Shown here: positions 14,356 through 26,500 of the stretch, in pieces | Layout: each line of letters opens with the position of its first letter | How positions within the stretch are numbered: the first letter of the stretch is position 1 | From: a virus | Strand: one strand, 5' to 3' | DNA length: 43,141 nt | IMG/VR virus record: IMGVR_UViG_3300050120_000109 | Span: 1 to 43,141 of that record | Position numbers and translations under genes: made by a program | The notes under the pieces: model-generated | What the model saw: only the letters and a program-made list of their open reading frames with translations | Databases searched by the model: none | Told to the model about the DNA's origin: nothing

Positions 14356-16769
14356 TGGCGCAACTCGCCTCGATAATGCAGCCGTCCTTTTCGGCCGGCG
14401 AAGTCTCGGCGCAACTGTGGTCGCGCGTCGATCTGGCGAAGTATCGGGCTGGTCTCAAGCTCGCCCGTAACTTCTTCATCCTGCCCTATGGCGGGGCTGC
14501 GACGCGGCCGGGGACGGCGTTCGTGATGCAGACCCTCGGGCAAGCCGCACCCGTGCGGATGATCGATTTCGTGTTCTCGACGCTGCAAGCCTACAGCCTG
14601 GAATTCGGCGGCGGATACATGCGCGTCGTGATGGATGGCGGCATGGTGCTGGAACCGGGCTTCGCGGTCTCGGCCGTGCCTGTGTCCTCGGTCGTCAATG
14701 CGACCGTGCCCGGGCACGACTACGCCGTGGGCGATTGGGTCTCGATCTCGGGCGAAGCGTCGATGGTCCAGGTCAACGACGTGTTTATCGTCGCCGCGAT
14801 CGCCGGCCAGGTGCTCACTCTGACGGACCTTGACGGGCTGCCGCCGCTGGGCGCGGCCGGCTGGGCGGCGTATGGCGGCGGCGGCACGATCGGCCGGATT
14901 TACACCATGGCGACGCCTTACGCGGCGGCGGACCTGGCGCTTCTCAAGTACACCCAAACCGCTGACACGCTGACGCTGACGCACCCGAACTACGCGAGCA
15001 ACGATATCACACGCACGCAGCATTGGGCGTGGACTCTCAACCCGATCACCTTTCAGGCGGCGGTGCAAACCCCGGCGAGCCTGAACGTGACGGCTCTGAA
15101 CGACCCGCTAACTGATGCCGACACGGCCGGCGGTGCGGCGCAAACCGTCGCCAATTTCCCCCGGCTGACGTTCTACTATTGCGTGACGGCCTTGACCGAT
15201 ACGCCTTCGGAAGAGGGTAACCCCACGGGTGTCGTTACGTGCGTCAATGCCGCGCTTAACCAAACCTCGGGCATCGTCAATCAAATCGCATGGACCGGGC
15301 CGGTCTCGGGGCCGGTGCCGTCGCGCTTCAACGTCTATGGGTCCGTGCCGCAGCCGGTGAACGCTGATCCGCCCACCATCTTCGGCTATATCGGCCAGTC
15401 CACGGGCCTGTCGTTTACCGATGTCAACATCAAGCCGGACTACACGCAAACCCCTCCGACGCACACAAACCCCTTTGCCAACAATAACAATCCGGGGGCG
15501 GTAAACTACTTTCAGGGGCGGCGCATCTTTGCCGGCTCCGGGCCGCAACCGCAAGCCGTGTGGATGACGCAAGCCGGCAATTACACGAACATGGACGTGT
15601 CGTTTCCGTCGCGGGACTCCGACGCGATCACGGTCTCGCTGCTGTCGAAGCAGGTGAACGCAATCAAGCATCTGGTCTCGATGAACGCTTTGCTTGCCCT
15701 GACAAGCAACGGCGCGTGGATGATCTCGGCCGGCGCGCAAGGTAGCTTCCTGTCGCCTTCGACCGTCGTTGCGTCGCCGCAAAGCTATAATGGCTGCTCC
15801 GACGTTACCCCGATCGCGATCAACTATGACATCCTGTATGTCCAGGCGCGCGGGTCCAAGGTGCGTGATCTGGCTTACAACTTCTACGTCCAGTTGTTCA
15901 CGGGCGCCGATATGTCGGTGCTGTCGTCGCATATGTTCTACGGCTTCAAAATCCTCGAATGGGCCTATGCGGAAGAACCGTATTACCTCGTCTGGGCGGT
16001 GCGCAACGATGGGGTCTTGCTGTCGTTTACTTACATGAAAGAGCAAGATGTCTATGCCTGGGCGCGGCATGACACGGGAAACGGCAATGGCGACGGCTTC
16101 ATGTCGGTCTGTTCAATACCGGAAGGCCAGGAAAATGCCCTTTATTTCGTCACGTCTCGAACGATATCCGGCCGCAACTTTGGGCGGCCGGTTCAATACA
16201 TCGAGCGTATGGCTTCTCGGAATTTCTATCAGTCCGGGGTGCCAAACGTCGCGCTGGCATGGTGCGTCGATTCGGGGCGCCAGTATCAAGGGCCTCCGGT
16301 CTCGCGCGTATATGGGCTGCGCCATCTCGAAGGGCGCACCGTGGCAATCCTCGCCGATGGCAATGTGCAGCCGCAACAGGTCGTTGTCGGCGGATCGGTC
16401 GCGGTGCAGGCGCCGGCCTCGGTCATCACTGTGGGCTTGCCGTTTCAAGCACAACTGCAAACCCTCGCCCTCGATGTCGGTGAGCCATCGATCCAAGGCA
16501 AGCGGAAGAAAATTGCCCGCACGTCGCTGATCGTGATGGACACGCGCGGCCTCAAGCTGGGGCCGGACGCGGCGCACCTGGCTGAGTTCAAGGATCGCAC
16601 GAATGAGAACTGGAACGCGGCGGTGCCTCTAGTAACGGGGCTGACAACCACGCTCCTGCCGCCAGTGTGGCAGGTCGATGGGTCGGTGTTCATTCAACAG
16701 GACCAGCCGTTGCCGGCAACCATCCTCGGCATCATCCCGCAAGTGGTCATCGGCGATGATCCGGGTTGA
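14352..16769 (+). CDS. Tail tubular protein B / nozzle (T7 gp12-like, 805 aa)
   Basis: Size and synteny after the gp11-like gene fit. The N-terminus is 'QPSFSAGEVSAQLWSRVDLAKYRAGLKLARNFFILPYGGAATRPG'. Confidence 0.75.
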   Translation: MMAQLASIMQPSFSAGEVSAQLWSRVDLAKYRAGLKLARNFFILPYGGAATRPGTAFVMQTLGQAAPVRMIDFVFSTLQAYSLEFGGGYMRVVMDGGMVLEPGFAVSAVPVSSVVNATVPGHDYAVGDWVSISGEASMVQVNDVFIVAAIAGQVLTLTDLDGLPPLGAAGWAAYGGGGTIGRIYTMATPYAAADLALLKYTQTADTLTLTHPNYASNDITRTQHWAWTLNPITFQAAVQTPASLNVTALNDPLTDADTAGGAAQTVANFPRLTFYYCVTALTDTPSEEGNPTGVVTCVNAALNQTSGIVNQIAWTGPVSGPVPSRFNVYGSVPQPVNADPPTIFGYIGQSTGLSFTDVNIKPDYTQTPPTHTNPFANNNNPGAVNYFQGRRIFAGSGPQPQAVWMTQAGNYTNMDVSFPSRDSDAITVSLLSKQVNAIKHLVSMNALLALTSNGAWMISAGAQGSFLSPSTVVASPQSYNGCSDVTPIAINYDILYVQARGSKVRDLAYNFYVQLFTGADMSVLSSHMFYGFKILEWAYAEEPYYLVWAVRNDGVLLSFTYMKEQDVYAWARHDTGNGNGDGFMSVCSIPEGQENALYFVTSRTISGRNFGRPVQYIERMASRNFYQSGVPNVALAWCVDSGRQYQGPPVSRVYGLRHLEGRTVAILADGNVQPQQVVVGGSVAVQAPASVITVGLPFQAQLQTLALDVGEPSIQGKRKKIARTSLIVMDTRGLKLGPDAAHLAEFKDRTNENWNAAVPLVTGLTTTLLPPVWQVDGSVFIQQDQPLPATILGIIPQVVIGDDPG
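16627..16638 (-). repeat. Copy 5 of CCGTTACTAGAG (minus orientation), inside the nozzle gene
   Basis: Exact copy. In frame it reads as A-V-P-L-V-T-G. Confidence 0.9.
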
Positions 16770-17229
16770 CGTGGTGCCGGCAAGCCCGGCCGATATCGCG
16801 CACGTCACCACGCACATGCGGGCGTTGGACCGCTTCGAGGCGGAGGCGGCAACCGCGCTTGATCCGGCGCGGGCGCTGGCCTTTACCGCCTCGGTCTCGG
16901 ATGAGGTGTGGTCGGGCCGCGTCGATGGCGTCGCGGTGTGCCTGTTCGGCGTGGCGCAAGTCGATCCGTTCTCTTCGACCTGGCGCCCGTGGCTGATCGC
17001 GACGGACGGCCTCGATCGGTATCCGGTCGCCTTCCTGCGGCGCAACCGCGCGATCGTGCGGGGCTGGGCGGAGCGGTTCCCGCTGATGGAAAATTGGGTC
17101 GCCGCACGCCATGGCGTGGCCGCGGCGTGGTTGACCTGGCTGGGCTTCGTCCTCGATCCGCCCGCGCCTTTCGGCCCCTACGGCGTCTCCTTCCATCGTT
17201 TCGAAATGAGGCAAGTATGTGCGTCGTGA
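16756..17229 (+). CDS. Hypothetical protein in the T7 gp13 position (157 aa), possibly an acetyltransferase-like fold
   Basis: An internal ATG at 16756 overlaps the end of the nozzle gene. Synteny supports it. Confidence 0.5.
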   Translation: MIRVDVVPASPADIAHVTTHMRALDRFEAEAATALDPARALAFTASVSDEVWSGRVDGVAVCLFGVAQVDPFSSTWRPWLIATDGLDRYPVAFLRRNRAIVRGWAERFPLMENWVAARHGVAAAWLTWLGFVLDPPAPFGPYGVSFHRFEMRQVCAS

Positions 17230-17822
17230 TCCCTGCCGCCGCTGCAATGACGATGATGGCGGTCTCGACGGTCGCCTCCGGGGCGATGGCGGCCTATGGC
17301 TCAATCCAGCAAGGCCAGGCGCAACAGGCGGCGGCGAACTATTCCGCGCAAGTCGCGTCGAATAATGCGGTGATCGCCGGATACAACGCCAAGGCGGCAA
17401 CCGATGCCGGCACGGCGGCCGTGACCGCGAATCAGATGAAAGTCGCCTCGCTGGAAGGCGCTGAGCGGGCGTCGGAAGCGTCCAATGGCGTCGATCCGAA
17501 CAGCGGCTCGCCGCTGGATATGCAGGTCTCCACGGCCAAGGTCGGCGAATTGGACTCCTTGACGATCTCCAACAATGCCGCGCGAACCGCCTACGGTTAC
17601 GAGGTCCAGGGGATGAGCCAGACCGCGCAATCGGCGCTGGACACCGCGCAAGGGGCCAACGCTGCGACGGCCGGCGATATCGGCGCGGCAACCTCGGTCA
17701 TGTCGAGTGCGGCGTCGCTGTCGGGCAAGTGGGCACAGTACCAACTGCAAGCCGGGTCGAACGGCGGCACGTCGCCTAACCCGATAATGACGGTCAACGG
17801 CGGTCTGGGCGGGCAATACTGA
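17217..17822 (+). CDS. Internal virion/ejection protein candidate in the gp14 position (201 aa)
   Basis: RBS GAGG lies upstream of ATG 17217. It has a hydrophobic N-terminus and an Ala/Gln/Ser-rich body. Confidence 0.6.
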   Translation: MCVVIPAAAAMTMMAVSTVASGAMAAYGSIQQGQAQQAAANYSAQVASNNAVIAGYNAKAATDAGTAAVTANQMKVASLEGAERASEASNGVDPNSGSPLDMQVSTAKVGELDSLTISNNAARTAYGYEVQGMSQTAQSALDTAQGANAATAGDIGAATSVMSSAASLSGKWAQYQLQAGSNGGTSPNPIMTVNGGLGGQY

Positions 17823-20146
17823 TGGCACGGGTTCCCACTCTCGACGCTCCGACAGTCGCCCCTTCGGCCGCGCCTACCCCGTTCCAGTCGCAACAGGCTT
17901 CGCCGGCCGCGTTCGGTGCCGGCGTCGGTCAGGCGGAACAAGGGCTGGGCGGCGCGCTCGGGCAGGCTGGCGACGCTGCCTATACATACGCCATGGCGCG
18001 GACGGGCCTGAACAATGAAAGCGCGGCGAAAGACGCGGATGTCGCCGGCAACGCCAAGCTGACCGATATCATGTTCAACACGACAACCGGCTACAACATG
18101 AAGATGGGCCGCGACGCGGTGGATGCGATGCCGGACGCCATGGCGGCAATCCAGAAAGTCAGGACCGACACGCTCGCCAGCCTGCCAAGCGACGCGGCGC
18201 GCAATATGTTCGATCAGACGTTCCAACGCCGCGTGCAAATGATGCAAGAGGCGATTGGCTCGCATGCCGATCAACAAAGCAAGCAATGGGCGCTGGGGTC
18301 GTCCGATGCCCGGATCGATAGCGTCCTCGGCGATGCGTCGCGGTTCTACAACGATCCCGCCAAGTTCGGCCTGGCGGTCGGGACGGCCAAGGCGGAAGTA
18401 TTGTCGCAAGGCCAAATCCTCGGATGGTCGCCGGATCAGGTTAATCAGAAGCAACAACAGGTCGTCTCTAAGGCGTGGTCGATGCGGCTGGAACAACAGT
18501 CGATCAACGATCCCGTGGGCGCGCTCAACACCTATCGCCAGAACATCGATCAAATCGACGGCCAGACTCAACCGATGCTGGAAAAGGTGCTGAAGGCCGG
18601 GGCGCTGCCGGTACAGACCCGGAGCATCGCGCAATCGGTGATGTCGGGCGGCGGGACGGTAGCGAATTTCGATGCCCTGACGGCCGCGCAAACGCACCAG
18701 GAAAGCGGCGGCGCCGGTAACCAGGTCAACGCGGACGGCTCGCCGCTGCTGTCACCAAAAGGTGCCGCCGGCATGATGCAATTGATGCCGGACACCGCGC
18801 GCGATGTCGCCGCGAAGCTGGGCCTTGCCTACGATCCGGCCTTGCTGACGGCGGACACGCCGGAAGGCAAAGCCTACAACACGGCGCTGGGGCAGGAATA
18901 CACGCGCCAAATGCTGCAACGCTATGGCGGCAACCAAACGCTGGCCCTGGCGGCTTACAATGCCGGGCCGGGCCGGGTGGATCAGTGGCTCGTGAAGTAT
19001 GGAGACCCTCGGACGGGTGCGATTTCCGACTCTGACTTTATCAACGCAATCCCGCTGCCGGAAACCCGCGACTACGTGACCAAGATCAACGCGGCGGCTC
19101 CCCCGTCTGCGGCGGCTCCGCCTACCTCGGCCGATGTGCGCACGCATCTGCCGGAGTGGATGGCGAAGGCGCGGGCGGTCGGCGAACAGATTTTCCCGAA
19201 CCAGCCGGACGCGGTCGACCAGATCGTGAGCCATGTCATGACCTACGGCGCACAGGTCCAGGCGGGCAACGCGGCAACCGAAAAGCAGGCGCGCGATCAA
19301 CTGCTGACAACGTCGCTGGGGCTGGTGACAACGCCGGATGGTGGCTACGCGCAAAACCCAAAGGCGCAACGGCCGGCCTCGCTGGAAGAACTGGTGGCGG
19401 ACCCGAAAAGCAAGGCGGCGTGGGCGACGGCGGACCCTATCCAGCAATCCGGCATCCTCACGGTGCTGGCGCAAAACGCTAAGGGCACGTCGCCGCCGAT
19501 GTCGGATGAAGCCTTGTCGAAGTATTACTCGCTGTTGGGGCAGGCTGCGAACGATCCTGACGGGTTTCAGCAAGTCAACCTCGCGGACAAGGGCTTGCTT
19601 GATCTTCTGCCGCACGAAATGACCACGCACCTGATGACCGTCCAGGCGACGCAAGCGACGAAGCAACAGCGTGATATGCAGAAGGGCGAAAACCTCAATC
19701 ACGCGATGAGTATCTCGACCGGGATGCTGTCGGGCGCCGGCATCGTGAGGTCGAACGGCGCGGGCGGCAAGGAAACCCCGGCGCAAATCCGTGCCGCGCA
19801 ACTCTATGACCAGTTCACGGGGCGGCTCTCGACCGCGCTTGACACCTTCATCACGACAAACAAGCGGCAACCGACGGATAGCGAAATCAGGACCATGTCG
19901 GGGTCGCTGCTGACGCAAGGGCTGCAATCGGGCACGGGCTGGATTTACGATAATCAGGTCCGGTCGTTCCAGGTCGATCCGTCACAGTTCTACGTGCAAG
20001 TGCCGAAAGAACAGCGGGCGATGGTCCAGTCCACTTTGCAATCGCAACTAGGCCACGCGCCAAGCGAGCGTGAAATGACGGACTATTGGACCCGATACCA
20101 GCTACATCGCGCCTCGGGGTCCGCCGCCTCGGCGGGCACGCAATAG
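17822..20146 (+). CDS. Internal virion protein with a lytic transglycosylase (SLT) domain (774 aa)
   Basis: 'HQESGGAGN...GAAGMMQLMPDTA...LALAAYNAGPGRV' at residues about 285-395 (nt about 18674..19007) carries the SLT catalytic Glu, GLMQ-like and AYNAG motifs. Confidence 0.85.
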   Translation: MARVPTLDAPTVAPSAAPTPFQSQQASPAAFGAGVGQAEQGLGGALGQAGDAAYTYAMARTGLNNESAAKDADVAGNAKLTDIMFNTTTGYNMKMGRDAVDAMPDAMAAIQKVRTDTLASLPSDAARNMFDQTFQRRVQMMQEAIGSHADQQSKQWALGSSDARIDSVLGDASRFYNDPAKFGLAVGTAKAEVLSQGQILGWSPDQVNQKQQQVVSKAWSMRLEQQSINDPVGALNTYRQNIDQIDGQTQPMLEKVLKAGALPVQTRSIAQSVMSGGGTVANFDALTAAQTHQESGGAGNQVNADGSPLLSPKGAAGMMQLMPDTARDVAAKLGLAYDPALLTADTPEGKAYNTALGQEYTRQMLQRYGGNQTLALAAYNAGPGRVDQWLVKYGDPRTGAISDSDFINAIPLPETRDYVTKINAAAPPSAAAPPTSADVRTHLPEWMAKARAVGEQIFPNQPDAVDQIVSHVMTYGAQVQAGNAATEKQARDQLLTTSLGLVTTPDGGYAQNPKAQRPASLEELVADPKSKAAWATADPIQQSGILTVLAQNAKGTSPPMSDEALSKYYSLLGQAANDPDGFQQVNLADKGLLDLLPHEMTTHLMTVQATQATKQQRDMQKGENLNHAMSISTGMLSGAGIVRSNGAGGKETPAQIRAAQLYDQFTGRLSTALDTFITTNKRQPTDSEIRTMSGSLLTQGLQSGTGWIYDNQVRSFQVDPSQFYVQVPKEQRAMVQSTLQSQLGHAPSEREMTDYWTRYQLHRASGSAASAGTQ

Positions 20147-20157
20147 GAGTTGGCACG

Positions 20158-20508
20158 ATGGCGCAACATTACATTCTCGGTGATGAGTGCAACCCGGTCG
20201 CGGTCGAATTCGATGAGTGGGTGCAGTGGTTCGGCACGGCTGATCGGCAAATCGCGGTCACCCAGGTTGATGTCGAAGGCTGTCAGGCAATCGTCTCGAC
20301 GCAGTTTATCGGCGTCGATCCCCGCCCGGAAATCCCCGGTCTGACATGGGAGGGGGCGGCGCTGCTGTTCGAAACGCTGGTTATCGGCGGGCCGCTGCAC
20401 TCGTGCGTCGTGAAATACGCGACGGTCGATGATGCCGGGCGCGGTCATGTCGTCGTGGTCGATCGCGTCGATAAGGCAATCAAGGAAGCGATAGACAATG
20501 CCCGATGA
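20158..20508 (+). CDS. Small conserved phage protein (116 aa)
   Basis: AGGAG lies 9 nt upstream of ATG 20158. The sequence is 'DEWVQWFGTADRQIAVTQVDVEGCQAIVSTQFIGVD...LFETLVIGG'. Confidence 0.65.
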   Translation: MAQHYILGDECNPVAVEFDEWVQWFGTADRQIAVTQVDVEGCQAIVSTQFIGVDPRPEIPGLTWEGAALLFETLVIGGPLHSCVVKYATVDDAGRGHVVVVDRVDKAIKEAIDNAR

Positions 20509-23500
20509 TTTCGCGTCGTTCGTAACCTCGACGCTGGGCGGGCCTGTCGCGCCGGCCGCTGGGGCTGCGCCTGGTGCTGTCGGCGGGCTGCCGTCGCCGG
20601 CCAACGATATCGGCGGCGGGTTCCCGGCGTTCATGAAGTCGATGCACCTGGCTACGGCGCAAGCCGCCAAGGGGGCGGTTGGCGCGGCGGCTGATGTCAA
20701 CCCCGACGAAGCGGGCAAGGCGGTGCAGCTCGCCCCGCAACTGGGGCTGCCGGCGTCGGTCGTGGAAACCGACGTTCCCGGCTTCACGCAACAGGCGGCG
20801 GCGGCAAAGAGCAACGCGCTGATCGATGGCAATCCGGTGCTGGCCTCGTGGCTGGCGGCAAACCCGGACGCTGCCCGCATCGCGAAGGACGACTTCGACA
20901 AGCTGGACGTGGTGACGAAGGCGGCAACCGCGCTCAAGTCGGGATGGACGGGCGCCTTTGCCGGTGATCAACGCGGCCGGCTGGGTATGCAAACCATGCT
21001 GGGCGACAACTCGCCGGCAACCGCCGCGTCGATCGCCGGCTTCGACAAGCAGCTTGCCGCCAGTCCGCAACTGTCCGGGGTCTATGGCGCGCTGCAAAAG
21101 GTGACCGGGTTCGCGGGCGGGCTGCTGGATAACTTCCTGCACTCGGCGCCGGAAGCCTATGTAGGGGCCGCTGTGGGCGGCGCTGGCGGGCTGGCGGGCG
21201 GCGGGCCTGCCGCACCTGTCACGGGCGCTGTGGGCGCCATAGGCGGCGCTGCCGTGGGCCTCGGCGTGGGGTTCAAGTGGGATATGTCGCAAATCGCGGC
21301 CGGTAACACTTACCTCGATCTCGGGAACGTCAAAGGGGCGGGTGGGGAGTCGATCGGCGAAAGCGCCAAGCAGGCGGCGGCGGTGCTGGTCGGGATCGGG
21401 ACGTATGCGCTCGCCGGCCTCGGCGGCAAGGCGTCGGGTGTGCCGCAAGCGGCCTCCGGGCTGCTGTCGGACGCGATCAAGGAATCCGTCGTGCAACCGA
21501 CCGTCGCCCGCGCGCTGGGGCAGTTCGCCGGCAAGCTGGCGGCGGGTGGTGCCGAGTTCGCCGCGATCAACGCCGGCATGGAAGGGACGAGCATCTTCGG
21601 GACTGAGTTGGCGAAGCAACTCTCGGCCGGGGATTTCGATACCGTGTTCAACGACCCGGTCACACGGCAACAGGTCATCGACAACCTGATGAGTGCCGCG
21701 CTGGATGGCGCGATGCTGGGGCCGCTGGTGCGGGTGCCCGGCGCTGCCATGGGGTTTGCCGAGTCCTCGATCCGGGCGCGGCAGGCGGCGTCTGATGTCG
21801 AAGCCTTCCATGCGCTGGAAACCGGCACGGCCGATAGCCGGATGCGGGGCCGGTCGCTGGATGCCTTCCACGCCTTCCTTGCCCGGCAGACTGACGGCGC
21901 GCCTACCGAAAACCTGTTCCTGCCGGCTGATCGGGTGCGGGAGTTGTATCAGTCGGCCGGCATCGAACCGGGCGCCGATGATGGCCTGCTGGGCAAGGTG
22001 GCGCCGGATATCGCGGAGCAGCTTGACCAGGCGCAACACACGGGCGGCGATGTCGTCCTCCCCACGGCCGCGTATGTCACGCATCTGGCCGGCACGCCGC
22101 TATCGGACCATCTCCGCCCGGATATCCGGGTCCGGCCGGATGCCATGTCGGCGCGGGAGGCGATGGATTTTCAAAGCAAGCGGGCGGAGTGGCTCGCCGA
22201 TCAGGTCGCCAGCACACACGCCGAAATGGAGCATGAACAGGCGGCGGCCGGGCCTGAGCGGGATGTGTTCGACGACGTGTTCTCGCAACTGCGCGGGGCC
22301 GGTCATACCGTCGATGCGGCGCGGCAATACGCCGCTGTCGTGGCGGCGCGCTACGGTGCCCGTGCGGCGCGTCTGGGGCCTGATGCCGGCTCCGCGCTCG
22401 ATCTCTACCATCAAGCCGGGCTGACGGTGCAGCGGGCGGTGCCGGACGATCTGGCGGCGCTGCCGGTGACCGATACCGACATGGTCCTCAACGCGCTGCG
22501 GCAGGGTGGCAAGCGGCTGCCGTCCACGCGCGACCTGATGGGGCCGAACCTGACGGAGTTCGTCAAGGATCGCGGCGGCGTCTACGACGACACGGGCGAC
22601 TTGCGGGCGATGGACCTGCAACGCGAACGCGGGCTGATCCGCATTCAGAAAAAAACCGGCCTGCAATGGGAAAGCAAAGCCGGCCGCACGATCAACGATC
22701 ATCACGTCGCGGCCTGGGAGCAAGGCTATTTCCCGGAACACGGCAACGATCCAACGTTCGATGACCACGACTTTGTCAACGCTCTGGCGGCGGAGTCGAG
22801 GGGTGACCGGCGGTATGCGCTGGGCAACGTCGATGAACGGCGCAAGGGGTTCTCCGATGCCGCCGCGTCGATGGACCGCTGGTTGGACGACAACAATATC
22901 GATCTCGATCACGTCACGAATGACGATGTAAAGCGGATGCTGGCGCAACATGCCGGCGACGCGGCCGATGCCTATGACCAGTCGGCCTATCACGGCTCGC
23001 CGCATGTCTTCGATAAGTTCGATAGTGCGAAGATTGGCACCGGTGAAGGCGCGCAAGTCTTTGGGCACGGCCTCTACTTCGCCGGCAACAAGGGGATTGC
23101 CCGGTATTACCGCGACGCGCTGAGCAAGGGCAAAACGGTTGGCGGTGTGCCGTCCACGGAATTGAGCAAGGGCGCGCAAACCGCGTTGCGGATGGCGCGC
23201 GATATGGGCGGCGTGGCGCGGGGTCTGCGGGAATATGAGACGCTGATCGCGGCGGAAAAGCGAGCGGTCGAAGAACACGAAAGGATTGTTGCCGACCTGA
23301 AGGCGCACCCGGAAAAACAAGACCGGGACGCGGAAGGCTGGGGCGACCTCGGTGGGCATCTGTCCGGCGTCGAAGCTGATCTCGCCTATCGCAAGGAACG
23401 GCTGGCGCATTACGAAGAAACCCTCGCCGGCTTTAAGGAGTTGGAAGGCAAGGAAATCAAGGGCGACGGCCGGCTGTTCCATGTCGATCTGCCGGAAGAT

Positions 23501-26500
23501 CACGAATACTTGGATTGGGACAAGCCGCTAAAGGATCAACCGGCGCATGTGCGGGCGGCGCTGCATGCGCTGGGGGTATCGGGTGATTTCCAGTGGTCGG
23601 ATAAGCAGCCGATCGGCGGGGGTGACCATGCCTGGATGATGACCGACACGGGCGGCGGGCCGTGGGCAACGCAACGCGCGATCATCCGCACCTTTGGTGA
23701 CAAGTTCGAAGTCGAGTTAATGCACGAGGTGCGGCCGGATGATAACGAATCGCGGGGCCGCACGTTCGATTCGCTTGACGAAGCCAAAGCCTACACCGAA
23801 ACGGCGGTCGATAAGGCCGGCTGGGGGTCGCGCGGTTCGGACGCCTACCACGACCTTGCGCGCAAGCTGGTGGCGCCGGTTGACCCGGAAGCGCGGAACG
23901 AAGGCAACCCTCCGGGCTGGGGTCATGTGGAACCTGAGCATAGGGAAGATCCTGCCGCCGCCAGCAGGGCGTTACTAGAGCATGGGGTCGTGGGCGTGCG
24001 TTACCTCGATGCGGGCAGTCGCGGCAGTGAAGGCGGCACCCACAACTATGTCGTGTTCGATGATAAGCGGGTGACGGTCAAATCTTTCGAGCAACGCAAG
24101 GGCGATGAGCCACGCGGCAAGATCACGCTGGAAGACGGCCGCGCGATCATTACGCTGTTCGCGAAAGCGGACCTGTCCACCTTCCTGCATGAAACTGGGC
24201 ATCTCTGGCTTGATGAAATGGTCCAGGACGCCGCAAGGCCGGACGCACCGCAAGGCATCCGTGATGACATGGCTGCAATCCTCAAGTGGATGAAGATCGA
24301 AAGCCCGGACCAGATTGACACCGAACAGCATGAACTGTTCGCGCGCGGCTTCGAAGCCTACCTGATGACCGGCAAGGCGCCATCGGCCGCACTGGTCGGG
24401 GCGTTCCGCAAGTTCAAGGCGTGGATGGTCTCGATCTATCAAAACGCGCTGGGCCTGCGCGCGCCGATCAACGACCAAATGCGCGCGGTAATGGATCGTA
24501 TGCTCGCAACCGACAACGAGATTGACGCGGCGCGGGCCTCTGAGCGGCACGGGGCGCTGTTCCGCGACGCGGCCTCGGCCGGCATGACCAATGCCGAATT
24601 TGCCGCCTACACCGGGGCGGTGTCGGCCGCGCGCGATCAGGCATCCGACCGGCTGTTGCGGCGGGCGATGGAAGCGATCAGGGCGCAACGGACGAAAAGC
24701 TACCGGGAGGAACGCGCCGGCATCCGCGACGATGTCGAGCGACAAATGCGCACGCAACAGGATCAGCGGGCGCAATACTGGCTCCGCACGGGCCGGATGC
24801 TGGATGACCCGGAAGCCGAATCGGGGGTGCCGCATCAACGGCTCTCGGGGCATGCGATCAAAGGCATGTATGACAACGATGGGGTCTTCGACCTGCTGCC
24901 AAAGGGCACCTATTCGATGGTGCATGCCGGCATCCAACCGGCTGACGTGGCGGAAATGTTCGGCTACCGCGACGGGCAAGGGCTGGTCTCGGCGCTGATG
25001 AACCTTGAAGCGCGGCGCAAAAAAGCCGTCGCGGACACCGGCAAGCCGCTGGATGGCATGGGGTTCCTCGCGCACCAGGTCGACCAGGAAACCGATCGGC
25101 GGATGATGGAGCGGCGCGGCGATGCGCTCGCCGATGGGTCGATCGAGGAAGAGGCGCTCGCGGCCGTCCACAACGCCGCGCAAGCTGATGTCATGGCAAC
25201 CGAGTTGCGGGCGCTCGCGCGCAAGGCCGGGGAAAACCCGCCGTTTTCCATGGCCTCGTTGAAGCAGTGGGCCGCGTCCACCATCGCGGACCTGCCGGTT
25301 GACCGCGGCGCATACCCCGGCACGTATCGCCGCTCGGAAGCGCGCGCCGGCCGGGAGGCGGAGCGGGCGTTGCTGAAAGGTGACCTGCCCGCCGCGTGGC
25401 AGGCGAAGCAGCGGCAATTGGTCAACCATCTGCTGGCGACGGAAGCCGATCTCGCGAAGGATGATTACGACGCTGGTAAAAAACTGTTTCAGCGGTTCGC
25501 CGGCCGGGGCGCGTTCGCCGGCATCGATCAAGCTTATACTGACCGTATCCACGAACTGTTGAAACGGTTCGGCTTTCAAACGTCGCGCTCTGATGATGAG
25601 TTGGGCAGGGGCCTGGGCGCGCAAACCCTCGAAGGCTTCGTGCAAACAAAGTCGGCCGATGGCTACGAAATTACCATCGATCCGGCGTTCTTCGATCCGC
25701 GTCTCGCGAAGCCGTTGGACGATCTGACCACGGAAGAATTCCGCGCGCTCAAGGATGCCGTCACGTCGCTGGCGCATGTCGGCCGGATGGAAAAGTCCGT
25801 GGTGGTCGAAGGGCAAAAGCTGGAATTGTCCGAACTGGTGGCGGAGGGTGTTGACCAGTTGAAGGACTGGAAACGGTCGGACGTGCCGGCCGAGATCAAC
25901 GCCGGTACCGCGACGGGATTCCGGGGCCTGCTGGAAAAGGTCTCGTCGCTGATGCGCACGGCCGATGCCGGCATGCTGAAGCAAGAGCAGGTCTTCGATT
26001 GGCTGGACAACCGCAAGGCTGACGGCGTGTTCAACCGGGTGGTGTTCGAACCGCTCAAGGCGGCGCAGCACCGCGAAAACGACCTTATGGTGATGCTGAC
26101 GGGCCGGCTCAAGGCGCTGCATGAAACCATGCCGGACGGCTGGGAAAAGGGCCTCGGCGTCTCCAAGGTGATGCCGGAATTGATCGATGAGCGGACGGGC
26201 AAGCCGTTCAAGTTCCGCCATCAAGATATCCTCGCGTTGGCTTTGAACACGGGCAACGCGGTGAACGCGGACAAGCTGGCGCGTGGCTACGGCTGGGACC
26301 GGGGCGATATCAAAACCGTCCTCGATCGCGAAATGACGGAACACGACTGGAATTTCGTGCAAGGCATCTGGGACACCTTTGAAACGTTGTGGCCGGATAT
26401 CGAAAGCCTCACGCGGCGGATGACCGGGCTGGGGCCGGAAAAGGTCGAAGCGGTGCCGGTGCAAACCCCGCACGGTGAGTTCCGGGGCGGGTATTATCCT